Assembly (NCBI RefSeq): GCF_963921235.1
Contig: NC_086097.1
Span: forward strand, 181,662,001 to 181,726,000
Direction of reading: 5' to 3'
Length of the DNA stretch: 64,000 nt
Origin: Mobula hypostoma
Taxonomy: Eukaryota
Positions 24,501 through 37,322 of the stretch are shown one piece after another. Both the position numbers and the translations under genes were made by a program. The notes below the pieces were generated by a model. It made no database searches. It had not been told where the DNA came from and saw only the letters and a list, made by a program, of their open reading frames with translations. Numbering within the stretch: the first letter of the stretch is position 1; each line of letters begins with the position of its first letter.

Positions 24501-26620
24501 TACCAACCTGATATTTCCAATCGACTTGCATGTTAAAATCTCCCACGACTACCATAACATTGCCCTTTTGACACGTCTTTTCTAATTCCTGTTGTAATCT
24601 GTGGTCCATCTCTTAGCCACTGTTGGGAGGCCTGTATATAACTGCCATCAACATCCTTTTCCCCTTGCAGTTTCTTAACTCAACCCACAAGGATTCAACA
24701 TCTTCCGATCCTATGTCACATCTTTCTACTGATTTGATGCTATTCTTTACCAGTAGAGCCACACCTCACCTTCCTTTCCCTTTGATATAACGTGTTACCT
24801 TAGACATTTAGCTCCCAACTACAATCATCCTTCTGCCACGATTTAGTGATGGCCTCAACATCATACCTGGCAATCTGTAATGGTGCAACAAGATCAACCA
24901 CCTTATTTAGAACATAGAAACCCTACAGCACAGTACAGGCCCTTCGGCCCACAAAGCTATGCCGAACATGTCCTTACCTTAGAACTATCTGGGCTTTACC
25001 CATTGCCCTCTATTTTTCTAAGCTCCATGTATCCATCCAGGAGTCTCTTAAAAGACCCTATCGTTTCCACCTCCACCACCGCCAGCCCATTCCACACACT
25101 CACCACTCTCTCAGTGAAAAACTTAAACCTGGCATCTCCTCTGCACTTACTTCCAAACACCTTAAAACTATGCCCTCTCATGCTAGCCATTTCAGCCCTG
25201 GGGAAAAGCCTTGACTATCCACACGATCAATGCTTCTCATTATCTTGTACACCTCTATCAGGTCACCTCTCATCCTCCGTTGCTCCAAGGAGAAAAGGCC
25301 CAGTTCAGTCAACCTATTTCTTATACTACACGCGTTTAGATACAACACCTTGAGTACCGTATTTGCTATCCTTTCTGATTTTGCATCCCTAATGTTTTGA
25401 TACTTAGCCTGTTAGTTGCAACTAAGTCCCATCACCTGCATCCCCTTCCTGACAGTCTGACTGCACGTTATCTTTACTTTTTTACCATTTGACCTATCCT
25501 GAGTCCCTTCACTCCAGTTCCCACCCCACTGCCAAATTAGTTTAAACCCTCCCCAACAGCTCTAACAAACCTGCCCACAAGAATATTTGTCCCCCTCGGG
25601 TTCAGGTGCAACCCGTCACTTTTGAACAGGTCATACCTCCCCCACCAAAAAGAGATCCCAATGATCCGAGAACCTGAAGCCCTGCCCCCTGCACCAGCTT
25701 CTCAGCCATGCATTTATCTGCCAAATCATCCTGTTTCTACCCTCACTGACGTGTGACACAGGTAGCAGTCCAGAAATTACTATCTGGGAGGTCCTGCTTC
25801 TCAGCTTTCTAACTACCTCTCTCAATTCTCTTTTCAGGACCGCTCTGCTCTTCCTTCCTATGTCATTGGTACCAATATGCACCAAGACATCTGGCTGCTC
25901 CCCCTCCCTCTCCAAAATGTTGTGGACGCGATCTGAGACGTCCCTGACCCTGGCCCCTGGGAGGCAACATACCATCCGGGTATCCTGTTCACATCTACAA
26001 GAATCTCCTGTCTGTTCCCCCCACTACTGAGTCCCCTAACACTATTGCTTCCTCCTTCTCTTTTTTTCCCCTTCTGCACCATCGACCCATGCTCACTACC
26101 TGTAACCCAGTCGCCATGGCATTCTCCAGGGAGATTATCCCCCATAAAAGTATCCAAAGTGGTTTACTTACTTTTGAGGGGAATGGCCACAGGTATACTC
26201 TGCTCGAACTGCCTATTTCCAACTCTCCTGATAGTCACCCAGCCACTCACCTCCTGCAACTTTGAGGTGACTACTTCCCTGTAACTTTGATCAATTATCT
26301 CCTCACTCTCCCATACAAGCAGAAGGTCATCCAGTTGCTGCTCCAGATTCCTAACACAGTTTTCAAGGAGCTGCAGTCAGATGCACTTCAAGCAGATGTA
26401 ATTCCCCGGAAGACTCTGGGTCTCCCAGTTCTTCAAAATCTGGCACGAAGAACACACCACAGCCATTTAAATGGTACGGTAAGAGAGACAAAAGAACAAA
26501 AAGGAACCCTTAACAGATGCTTTACACAGAGCCGACACCTCTTCTGAGCCGAAGCCTCTTTTGAGCCAAAGCCTGTCGCTTCTACTCCCCCCACTGGCCT
26601 ACTCCCAACAACGCCGCTGC
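21597..26620 (-). mobile_element. Near-full-length degraded CR1 LINE with nested insertions
   Basis: ORF1 esterase (LGDS, HIGTND, 25631-26100), endonuclease VGDFN, RT QGSVLGP and FADD; nested palindromic element (23037-23594) and CR1 3' fragment (~24910-25315). Confidence 0.9.
23037..23594. mobile_element. Inverted pair of Penelope termini enclosing a tRNA-like SINE
   Basis: Arms 23037-23163 and ~23450-23594 are reverse complements; 12-bp TSD ACAATCTCTAAC at 23025-23036 and 23595-23606; internal segment begins TGGCGTAGTGG (A-box-like). Confidence 0.75.
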
Positions 26621-26639
26621 GCTTACCCCTCCTGCACTT

Positions 26640-27305
26640 TTATGTCGTGCTGAAACGTTCAAGTTGCAAGGAATGAACATCACCTATAGCCTGTCCTGTT
26701 CCAACTATGTCAACATCAAGGCCAAGAAAATTCACCACTGCCTATACCTCCCCAAGAAGCTGAAAAAATTGTCCGTTTGAACCAAACCAATTTTTATCTA
26801 TGCACCACAGAAACCATGCAATGCAGAGGCATCACAGCTTGGTTTTGGAACTATTCTGCTTATGACAAGAAACTGCAGAGTTGTAGACACATCATAGAAA
26901 CAATCTTCTCAGCCTTGGTAAAGCAACAACACAATCAAAGACTCCATCCAAACTGGACATTCTCTCTTTTCCCCCTTCTCCCATGGAGTAATTATTACAA
27001 AAGCCTGAAGGCACATACCGCCAGGCTCAAGAACAGTTTGCATCTCACTTCTAACATTAGTGAATGGTTCCATGGTACAATAAGATGGGAGTCTTGACCT
27101 CACACTCTACTTTGTTTTCATCTTTGCATGTTATTGCCCTTGCAGTGTACTTTCTCTGGAGCTTTTACATTTTATTCTGCATTCTGTTATGTTTATTATC
27201 TTGTACTACCCCAATGCACTATCATAATAAAATTATCTATATATACAGTATGCAAGGCAAGTTTTTTCTATACATCTGTACATATAATAATGAACTAATT
27301 TACTA
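26640..27305 (+). mobile_element. Rex1/L2-type LINE 3' end, degraded
   Basis: LFPLLP...YKSLKAHTARLKNS C-terminal motif followed by an AT-rich 3' UTR. Confidence 0.6.
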
Positions 27306-28230
27306 ATCTAATCTAAGCATTCATTCAGATTTTTCAATATGAGAACGTATGTAAAATCTGGCAACTTAATTTAGGAGAAACTACTATTTACACTGGCTAA
27401 CCTTAGCTCTGTCCCTAATCACCTCTTATTTACAGATCCATTAGCAAGACTCATGTTCCCCTGACCAGCATCATAGATTGACAGAACGCTCTGAGAAAAA
27501 CAGTTTCATCACTGGGAAACTCTCCCCATCCCCAGCCACCTCTGCCCTCCCCGGGACTCTGATACTGGGACCATCCTAGGGTCGCCCTTCTGTCCATAGA
27601 GCTTCAAAGGGTGAATGTCAGGCTGATGTCCCGCTGGTTGGGGTATCTACAACCAGGGATCACAGTCCCTAAGTAAATGATCAGCCAATGTGAGAAGAGA
27701 TTGCTTCATTGAAGGGCAGTAAATCTTTGGAATTCTCTACCTTCACAGACTATGGAGTCAGGTGCTGAGTATATTCAAGATGGACTGATAGATTCAGACA
27801 TTAAAGGAATCAAAGGGTTGATACAAGAAAGCAGTGCTGAGGCCATGAAATTGACTGGCCGAGCAGCTTTAGAGGGCTGAGTAACCTACTCTTGTTTGCA
27901 TTTCTTTTGTTTTGCGTATATTTGAAACACACTGCCAGAGGGGGTGGTGGAATTATATACAATTACTGTATTCAGGAGGCATTTAGATGCTTAAATAGGT
28001 AAGGCAAAGAAGGATCCAGACACAATGCAGGCGAATGGGATTAGTGTTGATGGGCAAAAGCGTCAGCGTGGATATGAAGAGCCACAGAAAGGCCAGTTTC
28101 TGTGCTGTAAGACTCTCTCGACACTCACAGTATCTCCAGAAAACTATGGGCAGGACGGTGGTGTAACGTTTAGCAAAACACCATTACTGCGCCAATGACC
28201 CGGATTCAATTCCACCACTATCTGTAAGGA

Positions 28231-29199
28231 ACACACACAAAATGCTAGAGGAACTCAGCAGGCCAGGCAGCACCTATGCCTGTACCCACTTTCTGCTTTC
28301 TGCAGGGATCATTCCCTGTGCTACTCCCTTGTCCATTTGTCCCTCCCCATTGATCTCCCTCCTGGCACTTAACCTTGCAAGTAAAACAAGTGCTATACCT
28401 AGCATTACACCTCCTCCCTCGCTACCACTCAGGGCTCCAAATAGTCCTTTCAGGTGAGATGACACTTCACCTGCGAGTATGTTGGGGTCATATATTGTGT
28501 CCAGGCTCCCAGTGTAGCCTCCTGTACGTGTATATCAGCGACAACCGATGTAGATTGGGAGCCTGCTTCGCCAAGCACCTATGCTCTGACCGCCAGCAAA
28601 AGCGGGATCTCCCAGTAGCCACCCATTTTAATTCCACTTCCCATTCCAACATACCTATCCTTGGCCCCTCTACTTTCCCGATGAGGCCACACTCAGGTTT
28701 GAGGAGCAACACCTTATATTCCACCTGGGTAGCCTCCAACCTGATGGCATGAACATCGATATCTTGAACTTCTAGTTATGGCCCCCCACCCCCTTCCTCC
28801 ACCATTCCCCATCCACTTTTCCCTCTCTCACCTTATCCTTGTCTGCCCATCGCCTTCCTCCAGTGCTCCTCCCCCTTTTTCTTTCTTCCATGGCCTTCTG
28901 TCCTCTACTATCAAATTCCCCATTCTCCAGCCCTGTATCTCTTTCACCAATCAATTTCCCAGCTCTTCACTTCAGCCCTCTCCCGGTTTCACCCATCACC
29001 TTGTGTTTCTCCCTCCCCTCCCCCCAACCTTCAACTCCGACTCTTTATCTTTTTGTTTCCAGTACTGCTGAAGGGTCTCGGGCGGAAACGTCGACTGTAC
29101 TCTTTTCCATAGATGCTGCCTGCCCTGCTGAGTTCCTCCAGCATTTTGTGTGCGTTGCTTGGATTTCCAGCAAGTGCAGATTTTCTCATTTGCGATTGG
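28231..29199 (+). mobile_element. Penelope-like element (GIY-YIG remnant) with inverted 5' terminal fragment, inserted into a V-SINE-like element (28150-29350)
   Basis: Homologous to the reverse complement of 6685-7570 (QKRDLPVATHFNSTSH); 14-bp TSD ACTATCTGTAAGGA at 28217-28230 and 29200-29213; variant hammerhead at 29061-29096. Confidence 0.85.
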
Positions 29200-29515
29200 A
29201 CTATCTGTAAGGAGTTTGTACGTTCTCCCCGTAAATGCATGGGTTTCCTCCAGGTGCTCCAGTTTCCTCACACATTCCAAAGCCGTACTGGTTAGTAGGT
29301 TAATTGGTCACCATTGGTGTAATTGGGCAGGAAGGGCCTGTTTCTGTGCTGTATTTCCACATACAAAACTTCAGAGATCACTATCCTCATCCCTCCAGAT
29401 ACCGTGCACCATTTCTTTGTTAGGGACTCCTTAATGACCTTTAGCTCGCTCCTTTAGCCCTGCTGCTACCCCAGAGGGGGCTTTCCCTTAGGTTCATACA
29501 GCTGGGAGTCATTAC

Positions 29516-29664
29516 CTTACTGTCCAGGTAGTCACCCTTTTTGATTAGGAACTCTGCAATCGTGTCCAGAAGTTTGCCTTCACGCAGTCGATGACGGGCA
29601 ATATATTTTGCAATCAGGGCCATGGTATAAGGGGTGATGCTGTCCACTTTTTTAGGAAGTTCTT
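29516..29664 (-). CDS. FASTK: FASTK coding exon 3
   Basis: Acceptor tttctgttttAG, donor AAG|GTAAT; EELPKKVDSITPYTMALIAKYIARHRLREGKLLDTIAEFLIKKGDYLDSK; phase 1 to 0. Confidence 0.92.
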
Positions 29665-30711
29665 CTAAAACAGAAAGAAACATATTTCAAGCTGTGATTC
29701 TCTTCAGTCCAGTGACTTTGATATCCCAGACGACAAAGCAGGAAGCACCAGTAATGTTAGACTGCATCATGCTTCTAACTTCAAGCAGGGATTTCTGCTT
29801 AGAGCTGTCTGTACAAACACACACAAAAAACTGACCTCAACTTTGATAGTTTTAACATTGTGAAGTCTGGTGCACATGCTGAAGGTGACACAAGGATTGA
29901 GGTTAACAGGGGTAGCTGCAACTTCAGGAGAAAAGAGGGACACCGACCTATTGATAGCTTGTTTCTAAAGGCCGTGAGAAGCAGTACAAGGATTAGTGAT
30001 TAATTTCTGCACTGATAAGTGAAGGACCATGTGAACGTCATTTGGATAAAAATTGTGCAATACTAAAGATGATACTGAAGGAACTGAAGAGATTTATGAG
30101 GGCGTTGCCAGGACTCAAAAAGACGAGTTAATAGGAAAAGGTTGGCCAAGGTATAATTTTACCCCTTGGAATGTAGGAGACTGAGGGGTGACCTTATAGA
30201 GGTGTATAAAGTCACGATGAGTATAGATAGGATGCACAGAGTCTTTTTCCCAGGGAAGTAAGAGGGCATAGTTTTAAGATCGGAGTGGGGGGTGGGGGGG
30301 GGGGAAGATTCAAAGTGCCCCTAAGGGTAACTTCTTCACAGAGTGTGGTGTGTATATGGCCAGAGGAAGCAGCAGAGGGAGGAACAATAACAATATTCAA
30401 AAGACAAGTGCATGGATATGGATCAAACATGGGCAATGGGACTACCCTGGAGGGCACTCTGATTGGCACAGACAAGCTGGGCCAAAGGGACTGTTTTATG
30501 CTGTATTACTCTATGACTAATGAGACTTCAGCACTTGCTTAGGTTTGCATCTGTATTTTCATAAGTAACAGTGCATTCTTTCACAGCATTACAGGGTTAC
30601 CTGTATTTATACAAGTCACTGCTGGTTGGAGCTCAGGGCTGAAAACTAATTGTCTGTACATTTATTGTTGGGCATCACTTTTAATGACCTAAAAGGTTAG
30701 CAGTTTCCTAC

Positions 30712-31182
30712 CTGCCAGGCTGCTGATGAATTTTTCCTGCCTATTTTCATAGAAGATATGAGAGCTGAAGATCAGCTCCAGTGACTTATTGCTGGCCTCC
30801 CGACAACATGTGGCAAGCATCTCGTCCAGCAGGGTCATCTCATGGTCCCTCACATTGGCAACGTGCCCCAGTGTGTGCTTGACCAGCCGCAGGATCTTGC
30901 GGTTGTTGAGAAGCTGCTCACTAGTGTAGGAGTCAGACTGCAGCGCCTGTGACTTCAATCTGTAGTAAGAGAGCAAGAGGAAAAGAGTCTGGGGATGACG
31001 CTCCTTCTCAATGTTCTTCTCCAAGCCAGCGAGGCAGCTCTCAACCAGCGGGTGCTGTGTGGACCGATGCAGTTTCATGACACTACTGAAAACCATGGAG
31101 ACATCCTTCTGGTTGAACTGAGTGAGCCGGACTCGCGACTCCTCCTCCAGGACCTGAACAATCTTGGAATCACTGGGAAGAC
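30712..31182 (-). CDS. FASTK: FASTK coding exon 2
   Basis: Acceptor ctgctgacAG, donor GCAG|GTAGG, phase 1 to 1; reads (G)LPSDSKIVQVLEEE...KFISSLA in frame with neighbouring exons. Confidence 0.9.
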
Positions 31183-32077
31183 CTGTCAGCAGAAGAGAAG
31201 TAACCCAGTTTGACACAGAGAAGAAGCCAATGTTGATTTGATGTGGGCAGAGCCAACATGTCTAGTCTTTATTATCTACAACCAAGGGCCACTTCAGTGG
31301 GGTTGGGGGAGAGGTATCCCAGTCCACACCCCCCTGAAAGTGGCAATGCACACAAATACGGTGGTATAGAGAATGTATGAAATGCATGTCTTTGTTGCTA
31401 GGGCAGAGAGCTTAAAAAATTATAAAGTCATGTTCCAGATATATAAAACTTTGGTGAAGTTGTACAGGAAGTATTGTATGCAGTTCTGATTACCCCATTA
31501 CAGATGCTATTTGGATCAGAGGATATTAACTATAAAGAGAGGTTGGACAAAGTTAGTTGTTTTCTCTGGAGCTCCAGAGGCTAAGGGGAGACCTGACAGA
31601 AATGTATAAAATTATGAGAGACATAGATAGGATAGATTAGAATCTTTTCCCACCAGGATAGAAATATTGAAAAACAGAAGGCATAACTTTAAGGTACAAA
31701 GGGGAAAGCTTACAGGGGATGGGTAGGCAAGCTTTTTTTTTAAACAGAGAGTGATGAGTGCCTGGAATGGATTTGCCAGGGATGGTGGTGGAAGCAGGTA
31801 AGATAGAGGCATTCAATAGACTTTCAGATAAGCAACTGAATGTGCAGGGAAAGGAGGGATATGGATCATGTGCAGACAGAAGGGATTAATTTAATTTGAC
31901 ATGATGCTCAGCACAGACATTGTGCTTCGTGGACCAAAGGGCCTTTTCCAGTGCTGTACTGTTTTATACTTTCTTTGGGGACAGCCATGCAGGGGGGTAC
32001 AGGAATGGAGTATCAGTCCGTTTCAGCATGTTTCCTTGCCCTGTACACAGAGGTGAAACAGTTAAGATTCTATGACA

Positions 32078-32210
32078 CAAACACAAGGAAATCTGCGGAT
32101 GGTGAAATTTCAAGCAACACCCATAAAAGTTGCTGGTGAATGCAGCAGGCCAGGCCAGGCAGCATCTCTAGGATCCTAGAGCTGCTGCCTGACCCGCTGC
32201 GTTCACCAGC
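32078..32210. mobile_element. Short palindromic Penelope-terminus insertion
   Basis: GCTGGTGAATGCAGCAGG...CCCGCTGCGTTCACCAGC inverted arms; 14-bp TSD AAGATTCTATGACA at 32064-32077 and 32211-32224. Confidence 0.75.
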
Positions 32211-34048
32211 AAGATTCTATGACAGATCGGATTCGGGTCTGTTTCACTTCATATAAGATAGTGATAATTTGTTATTTTGTGGCAACAGTACAATGCAAAA
32301 ACAAACAATACTATAAATTATAATATTTTTAAAAAATGGAATGACAAGATAGTGTTCATGAGCTCATGCACGATTCAGAAATCTAACAGAAAATGGGAAG
32401 AAGCGATATGTGAATCACTGCAAAACAGAATTCTGTGCCTTCTCCTTGACAGTAGGAATGAGAAGAGGGCATGCCCCATTTCATTTTTAATGAGACCAGA
32501 ATTTTATTTCGAGAACTTTTAAATTGAATTTAATTTACATTTGGAAACACAGGAGACTGCAGATGCCACAGCGCGGAGAAACAAACCCACTGGGTTAAGT
32601 AGCAGTGGAGGGATGAAAGGAATAGTGGGCACTTTGGGTGGAAACCCTCCATCACCAGTTCACACGTTTCATACCCTGCTCTGAACCAGTTACATTCCCA
32701 GTGACTTTACTAGATGGGTTTCTATACAACAGTTACAAATGGAGTGCAAGGTCAAACATGACATGTTCTCACTAAATGACAACAGATTTGAAGGGCCACG
32801 TATTCCATCTTGAGTGCCTCTCTCCTGTACTTGTGCACTCTGAGCATGCCCCACAGATTCCAGATTTCATGCATTCTTCAGTAACTTATTGACTGTGTAT
32901 GACTCACGAGAATGTGCTTGTGGGCACCATTTTAGACACATGAGTGATTCCTTCCACATAAGACAGCCAAGTGGCACGCAGCGACTGTTCAGGTGAACAA
33001 CTGGTTGATTCCAGTCCCATGCTGTGTCACTTTGGCAGAGGGAACTCTGCTGCTGTAAATGGGAGTGAAAGAATCCTGGATGTTTACTGAATGAGAGGCG
33101 GCACCCAGCTGCCACCAGAGAGCAAGCACAAGGTCAGACAGCAGTAATTCCACATACTGTTGCTGCTGCTGGCAGCTGCCTCCAGCCAGACTCCCCAGAA
33201 TCTCTCTACAGAATTCTTTATTCCCTGAGAGAAGTAGCACAGATTGAGAACAGGAGGACATGCCTCAATACTACTGTGCTCATGGTAGGAAGTTTGGCTT
33301 GCCTTATCTGTAAACAGATTAAAGACCCCTTTGATTATTGTATTACTCTTCTAATAGCCTTTATCTGATCACTGCTGGTATAATTCACTTTCTGAAAAGT
33401 TCCTTGAGATAGTAGACAACTTATTTTTTAAAGATCTCTGAGGCCGGGGTGGGATTTAAAACAGTTGAAGAGAAATGACTAAAAGATGGACCAGGAAGGA
33501 AAAAACGGACAATGATAATCAGTCTGTTACGAAGGGAAAGAATATATAAATGGGCTACCACTTATAGTCAGAGCAGCAAAAAATAATGCACAGACAGAAA
33601 CTTAAGGTTCGTTATCTGAATGCACATAGAATTTATGGAAAAGGTGAGAGCTCATGGCACAGAAACAATAAAAATGGACACAGATATGATTGCAAAGTAA
33701 TCAACTTTAGGAATTAAATAGTTCATGGTCCCTAATATTCAGACATAAAGTAAAAGGGTGTAGGATAGCCCTGAATGTGGTACAGGAAACAGAGAGGATT
33801 AATTTTAGCTCCAAAAAAAAAGGAAGTCGGATCAGGAGTTTATGATGGCGGTGGATGAGGAGATGGTGGATGCACTGGTAGTCATCTTCCAAAACTGCTT
33901 GTATTCTAGAATGGTCCACAAAGATTGGAAGTAATCCCATAATATAGGTGAGAAAACAGGGAACAACAGACCAAGTAATCTGACATCAGTGGTATGGAAA
34001 ATGTTGGATGCTTTATAAAGGCAATGACAATAGGACTAGATAGAATCA

Positions 34049-34306
34049 GGAGCAACACGCACAAAATGCTGGAGGACCACAGCAGGCCAGGCAGCATTTA
34101 TGGAAAAGAGCATAGTCACGTTTCAGGCCAAAACCCTTTGGCAGGACTAGAGAAAAAAAGCTGAAGAACTTTTTTTTTTCCCTCCAGTCCTGCCGAAGGG
34201 TTTCGGCCTGAAATGTCGACTGTACTTTTCCATAGATGATACCTGGTCTGCTGAGAACCTCCAGCATTTTGGCTTTCCAGCATCTGCAGATTTTCTCTTG
34301 TTTGTA
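34049..34306. mobile_element. Palindromic Penelope-terminus insertion with two divergent hammerhead-like arms
   Basis: Inverted arms of ~100 bp; TSD ACTAG(A/G)TAGAATCA at 34035-34048 and 34307-34320; sits inside a + strand CR1 remnant. Confidence 0.8.
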
Positions 34307-34910
34307 ACTAGGTAGAATCAATGTGTGTTTGTGAATGGGAAATTGTGCTTGACAAATCTGTTGGGTATTTTGAAGCTGGCAAGATAGATAAGAGTTAATG
34401 TAGTTCGATAAGGTTCCATATATTAAACAAAGTTAGACAACATGGTATTGGGGACAATATTGACATGAATTGAGGACAGGAATTTATGGGTTGGGAGACA
34501 GTGAGCAGTCCACATCAATGATCTGCATGAGGAAACCAAGTGCAAAGCTATATGAATGGGCACAGACAAAGTAGATGGAACAGAATGTGGAAAATTCTCT
34601 TTGCTGAAGAAAATATAACAGCTTGAGATATTAATGAAGAGAGATTTGGAAAGCATTGGTGCTTACAGGCTTTGGTGTCCTTCAACACAAATCATGTAAA
34701 GTTAATGGGAAGGTTTAGGAAGCACCCTTCCTAGCAGAGGGATCTAAGTACCAGAGTGGAGATGGTGATTTTAGCTGTCGTAAATGAAAGAAAATATTCT
34801 GTGAAAGGCTTTTTCTTGAGGATTATTTGACTGAGAAATATGACCCCCCCCCCCCATCTCTGGCTTTCAATACAGCAAGGGGAGGAGGAAGAATTGAGCC
34901 TCTTTCTTAC

Positions 34911-35541
34911 CCAAAGCAGCAACCGCATACAGACAGTTCACAATACTGAAGTTGTCGAACTTGGAGCAGTCTGCCACAATGGAGTTACAAAGTGTCTGGA
35001 ACTCCTCCAGTTCCAACATTTGGCTGTGGATGGTCTCCTCACTGGCCCCTCCAGATCGTTGCTGCAGGACCTGACCAATCTTCTGCAGAGCAATAGGGTA
35101 ATGGTTGTAGGAGATCTTGCCGGGATTCTGTGTCACCCAGCGTAACACCTCACCCACAGTCCGTGAGCGGTCGATCAGCCGCTTCATAGTGAAGAATGTG
35201 TCGTAGCTCATCTTCTCATGGATGAAGTTCCAGGTTTTCTTCTTGATGCGGTGATGGTGGTGGTGATGGCGGTTTTGCTTGTGTCCATTGTGCCTTCCCT
35301 GGTGCAGGTGAGGGAAGTGTTCCAAGTATGCAGCCCAGGTGTTTTGCGACTTGCAGGCGTGGTAATGGGCTGCGTACATCATACCCCGGCTCGGCAGAGG
35401 GCAGGGGACAGCGCGGCAGCAGGCCAGGTGGAAGAAACGAAGGAAGCAGCCCAGGCCAAAGTGAGTCAGTCTCCCTAGCAGCAGAACACCTTTCGTCCTT
35501 GGCAGCAGAGACCTGAAACAGTGCAGAGGCAACCTTTGCAT
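34911..35541 (-). CDS. FASTK: FASTK first coding exon (exon starts at 35586; ATG at 35541)
   Basis: Encodes MQRLPL...KKKTWNFIHEKMSYDTFFTMKRLIDRSRTVGEVLRWVTQNPGKISYNHYPIALQKIGQ, recognisable as the FASTK N-terminal helical region. Acceptor cttcctctAG|G at 35586; in-frame TGA just upstream of the ATG; donor TTGG|GTAAG, phase 1. Confidence 0.9.
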
Positions 35542-36396
35542 CTTAGGCACAGCTCACCTCGAGGGAGTGTGGACGATAGCAGAAACCTAGAGGAAGCACA
35601 GAACAGCAGTTGTGAAATCTAACATGGTTACAAACATCTAACACCACACCCAAACTAGTACCAGCGTAATTACATTTAGAATCTTTTCACATAATAGGCC
35701 ATTCAGTCCATCAAAACCATATCTACTCCTAGTACAGCACACCAGTGAGCCTTATTTACCTGCTCTAATCTCACTGCTTTCAAATGCTTATCCAATTTCC
35801 TTCCCAATTGTTGCTTATATTTCCTTCCACCTTCTCTGTACACAGCAACTTCCATTTGCAGGGTTAAGCAGTCCATTGTCTTATCTCCCGTATCCCTCAT
35901 CTGAAACCTGAAATCTGCATCTGTATCAGCTCATGACAACAGCTTTCCTTTGTATAACCTACCTGAACATAATATGTAGATCTGTCCCTGTCAAATTGTC
36001 CTTGAACTTTCGAGAGTTTGGCTGAAGGTTAAAAAAAACAGGACTTCTAGATTGTAAATTGAGAATTACTCCCACTGCTAACAAGGGTAGGAATAGGAGG
36101 ATAGGGCAAATGAATGCCTGGCTCAAGAACTTTTGCAGAAGAGATATTCAGTTTCTTCAATCATTGCAATCTCTTCTGGGACATGTATATCGGTTTATTA
36201 TTGACATCATGCATCTAAGTACAGTGAAAAACTTGCCATGCACACTGTTCAGACAGGTGATTTCACCACATCTGTACATTGAGGTAGTACAAGGGAAAAG
36301 CAATAACAGAATTCAGAATAAAGTACTACAGTTCGAGAGAAAGTACGGTCCAGACCGACAATAAGGTTGAGTGTCATCAAGAGGGAAACTGTAAGG

Positions 36397-36623
36397 CAAG
36401 GGTCCCCAACCTTTTGTGCACTGTGGACTGGTTTAATATTGACAATATTCTCGCAGACTGGCCGACCAGGGGGGCGGGGGAGGGGTGTGTGTTCAAGTTC
36501 AACAGTGAGTGACAGGGAATAAGGAAAGGTGCAGCTGACTCATATTGTTTCATATCGCCAAATCATATCGTTTCCTTGTGGCCCAGTCACACATCTTTGC
36601 AGCCCGAAGGTTGGGGACCACTG
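36397..36623. mobile_element. hAT/Charlie-type MITE
   Basis: TIRs CAAGGGTCCCCAACC / GGTTGGGGACCACTG; imperfect 8-bp TSD CTGTAAGG / CTGTTAAG. Confidence 0.75.
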
Positions 36624-37322
36624 CTGTTAAGGTCATGAGTCCATCTTATCATATTCAGGGATGGATCAAGATTCTTCTTATGCGGGAAAGAAGCTATCCT
36701 TAAACCTTGTGGTATCTGCTTTCAGGCTTTTGTTTATTTAGCCAGAAGGAAGAGAACAGAGATGGCCTGTACAAGAAGGGAAGGTAGCATCTAATCCGGA
36801 GAGGGACCAACCTCCTTGCAGATGCAAATTTGCTGATGCTACTTGGGAGGGTCTAGAGCTCCTCTGGTGGGTTTAATCTACTTTGGGAAAGGTTGCAATA
36901 CAAAGTAGTATTGGTACAGATGAGCACACCCAAAATGCTGGAGGAACTCAGCCGGTCAAGAAGCAACTATGGAAAGGAAAAGAGTTGACCTTTCCAGGCG
37001 AGACTTTTTATCAGGATGCTGCCTGACCTGTTGAGTTCCTCTGCCATTTTGAGAGTATTACTCTGGATTTCTAGCACCTGTAGAATCTCGTGTTGAGAAA
37101 GTTGAAGTAAATACAGAAGTTGAGGCAAGTCTACAAGGCAAACTAAGCATTGGCCGAACAGGGAGTGAAGAAGGTCCAAGAGACTAAACTACATCTACTT
37201 TAATGCAAAAAGCTTTACAGGTAACTCATGGCAAGGACTGGCACATGATTTTGTAATATTATAGCTAGGACAGAAACGTGGTTAAGGGATGGGCAGGAAA
37301 GGCAGCTTAATGTACCAGGATA

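Noticed and set aside
32867..33261. Non-repetitive-looking ORFs with a short Gln run in a FASTK intron
   Set aside because: No recognisable homology; exons 34911 and 31182 already join in phase without it.
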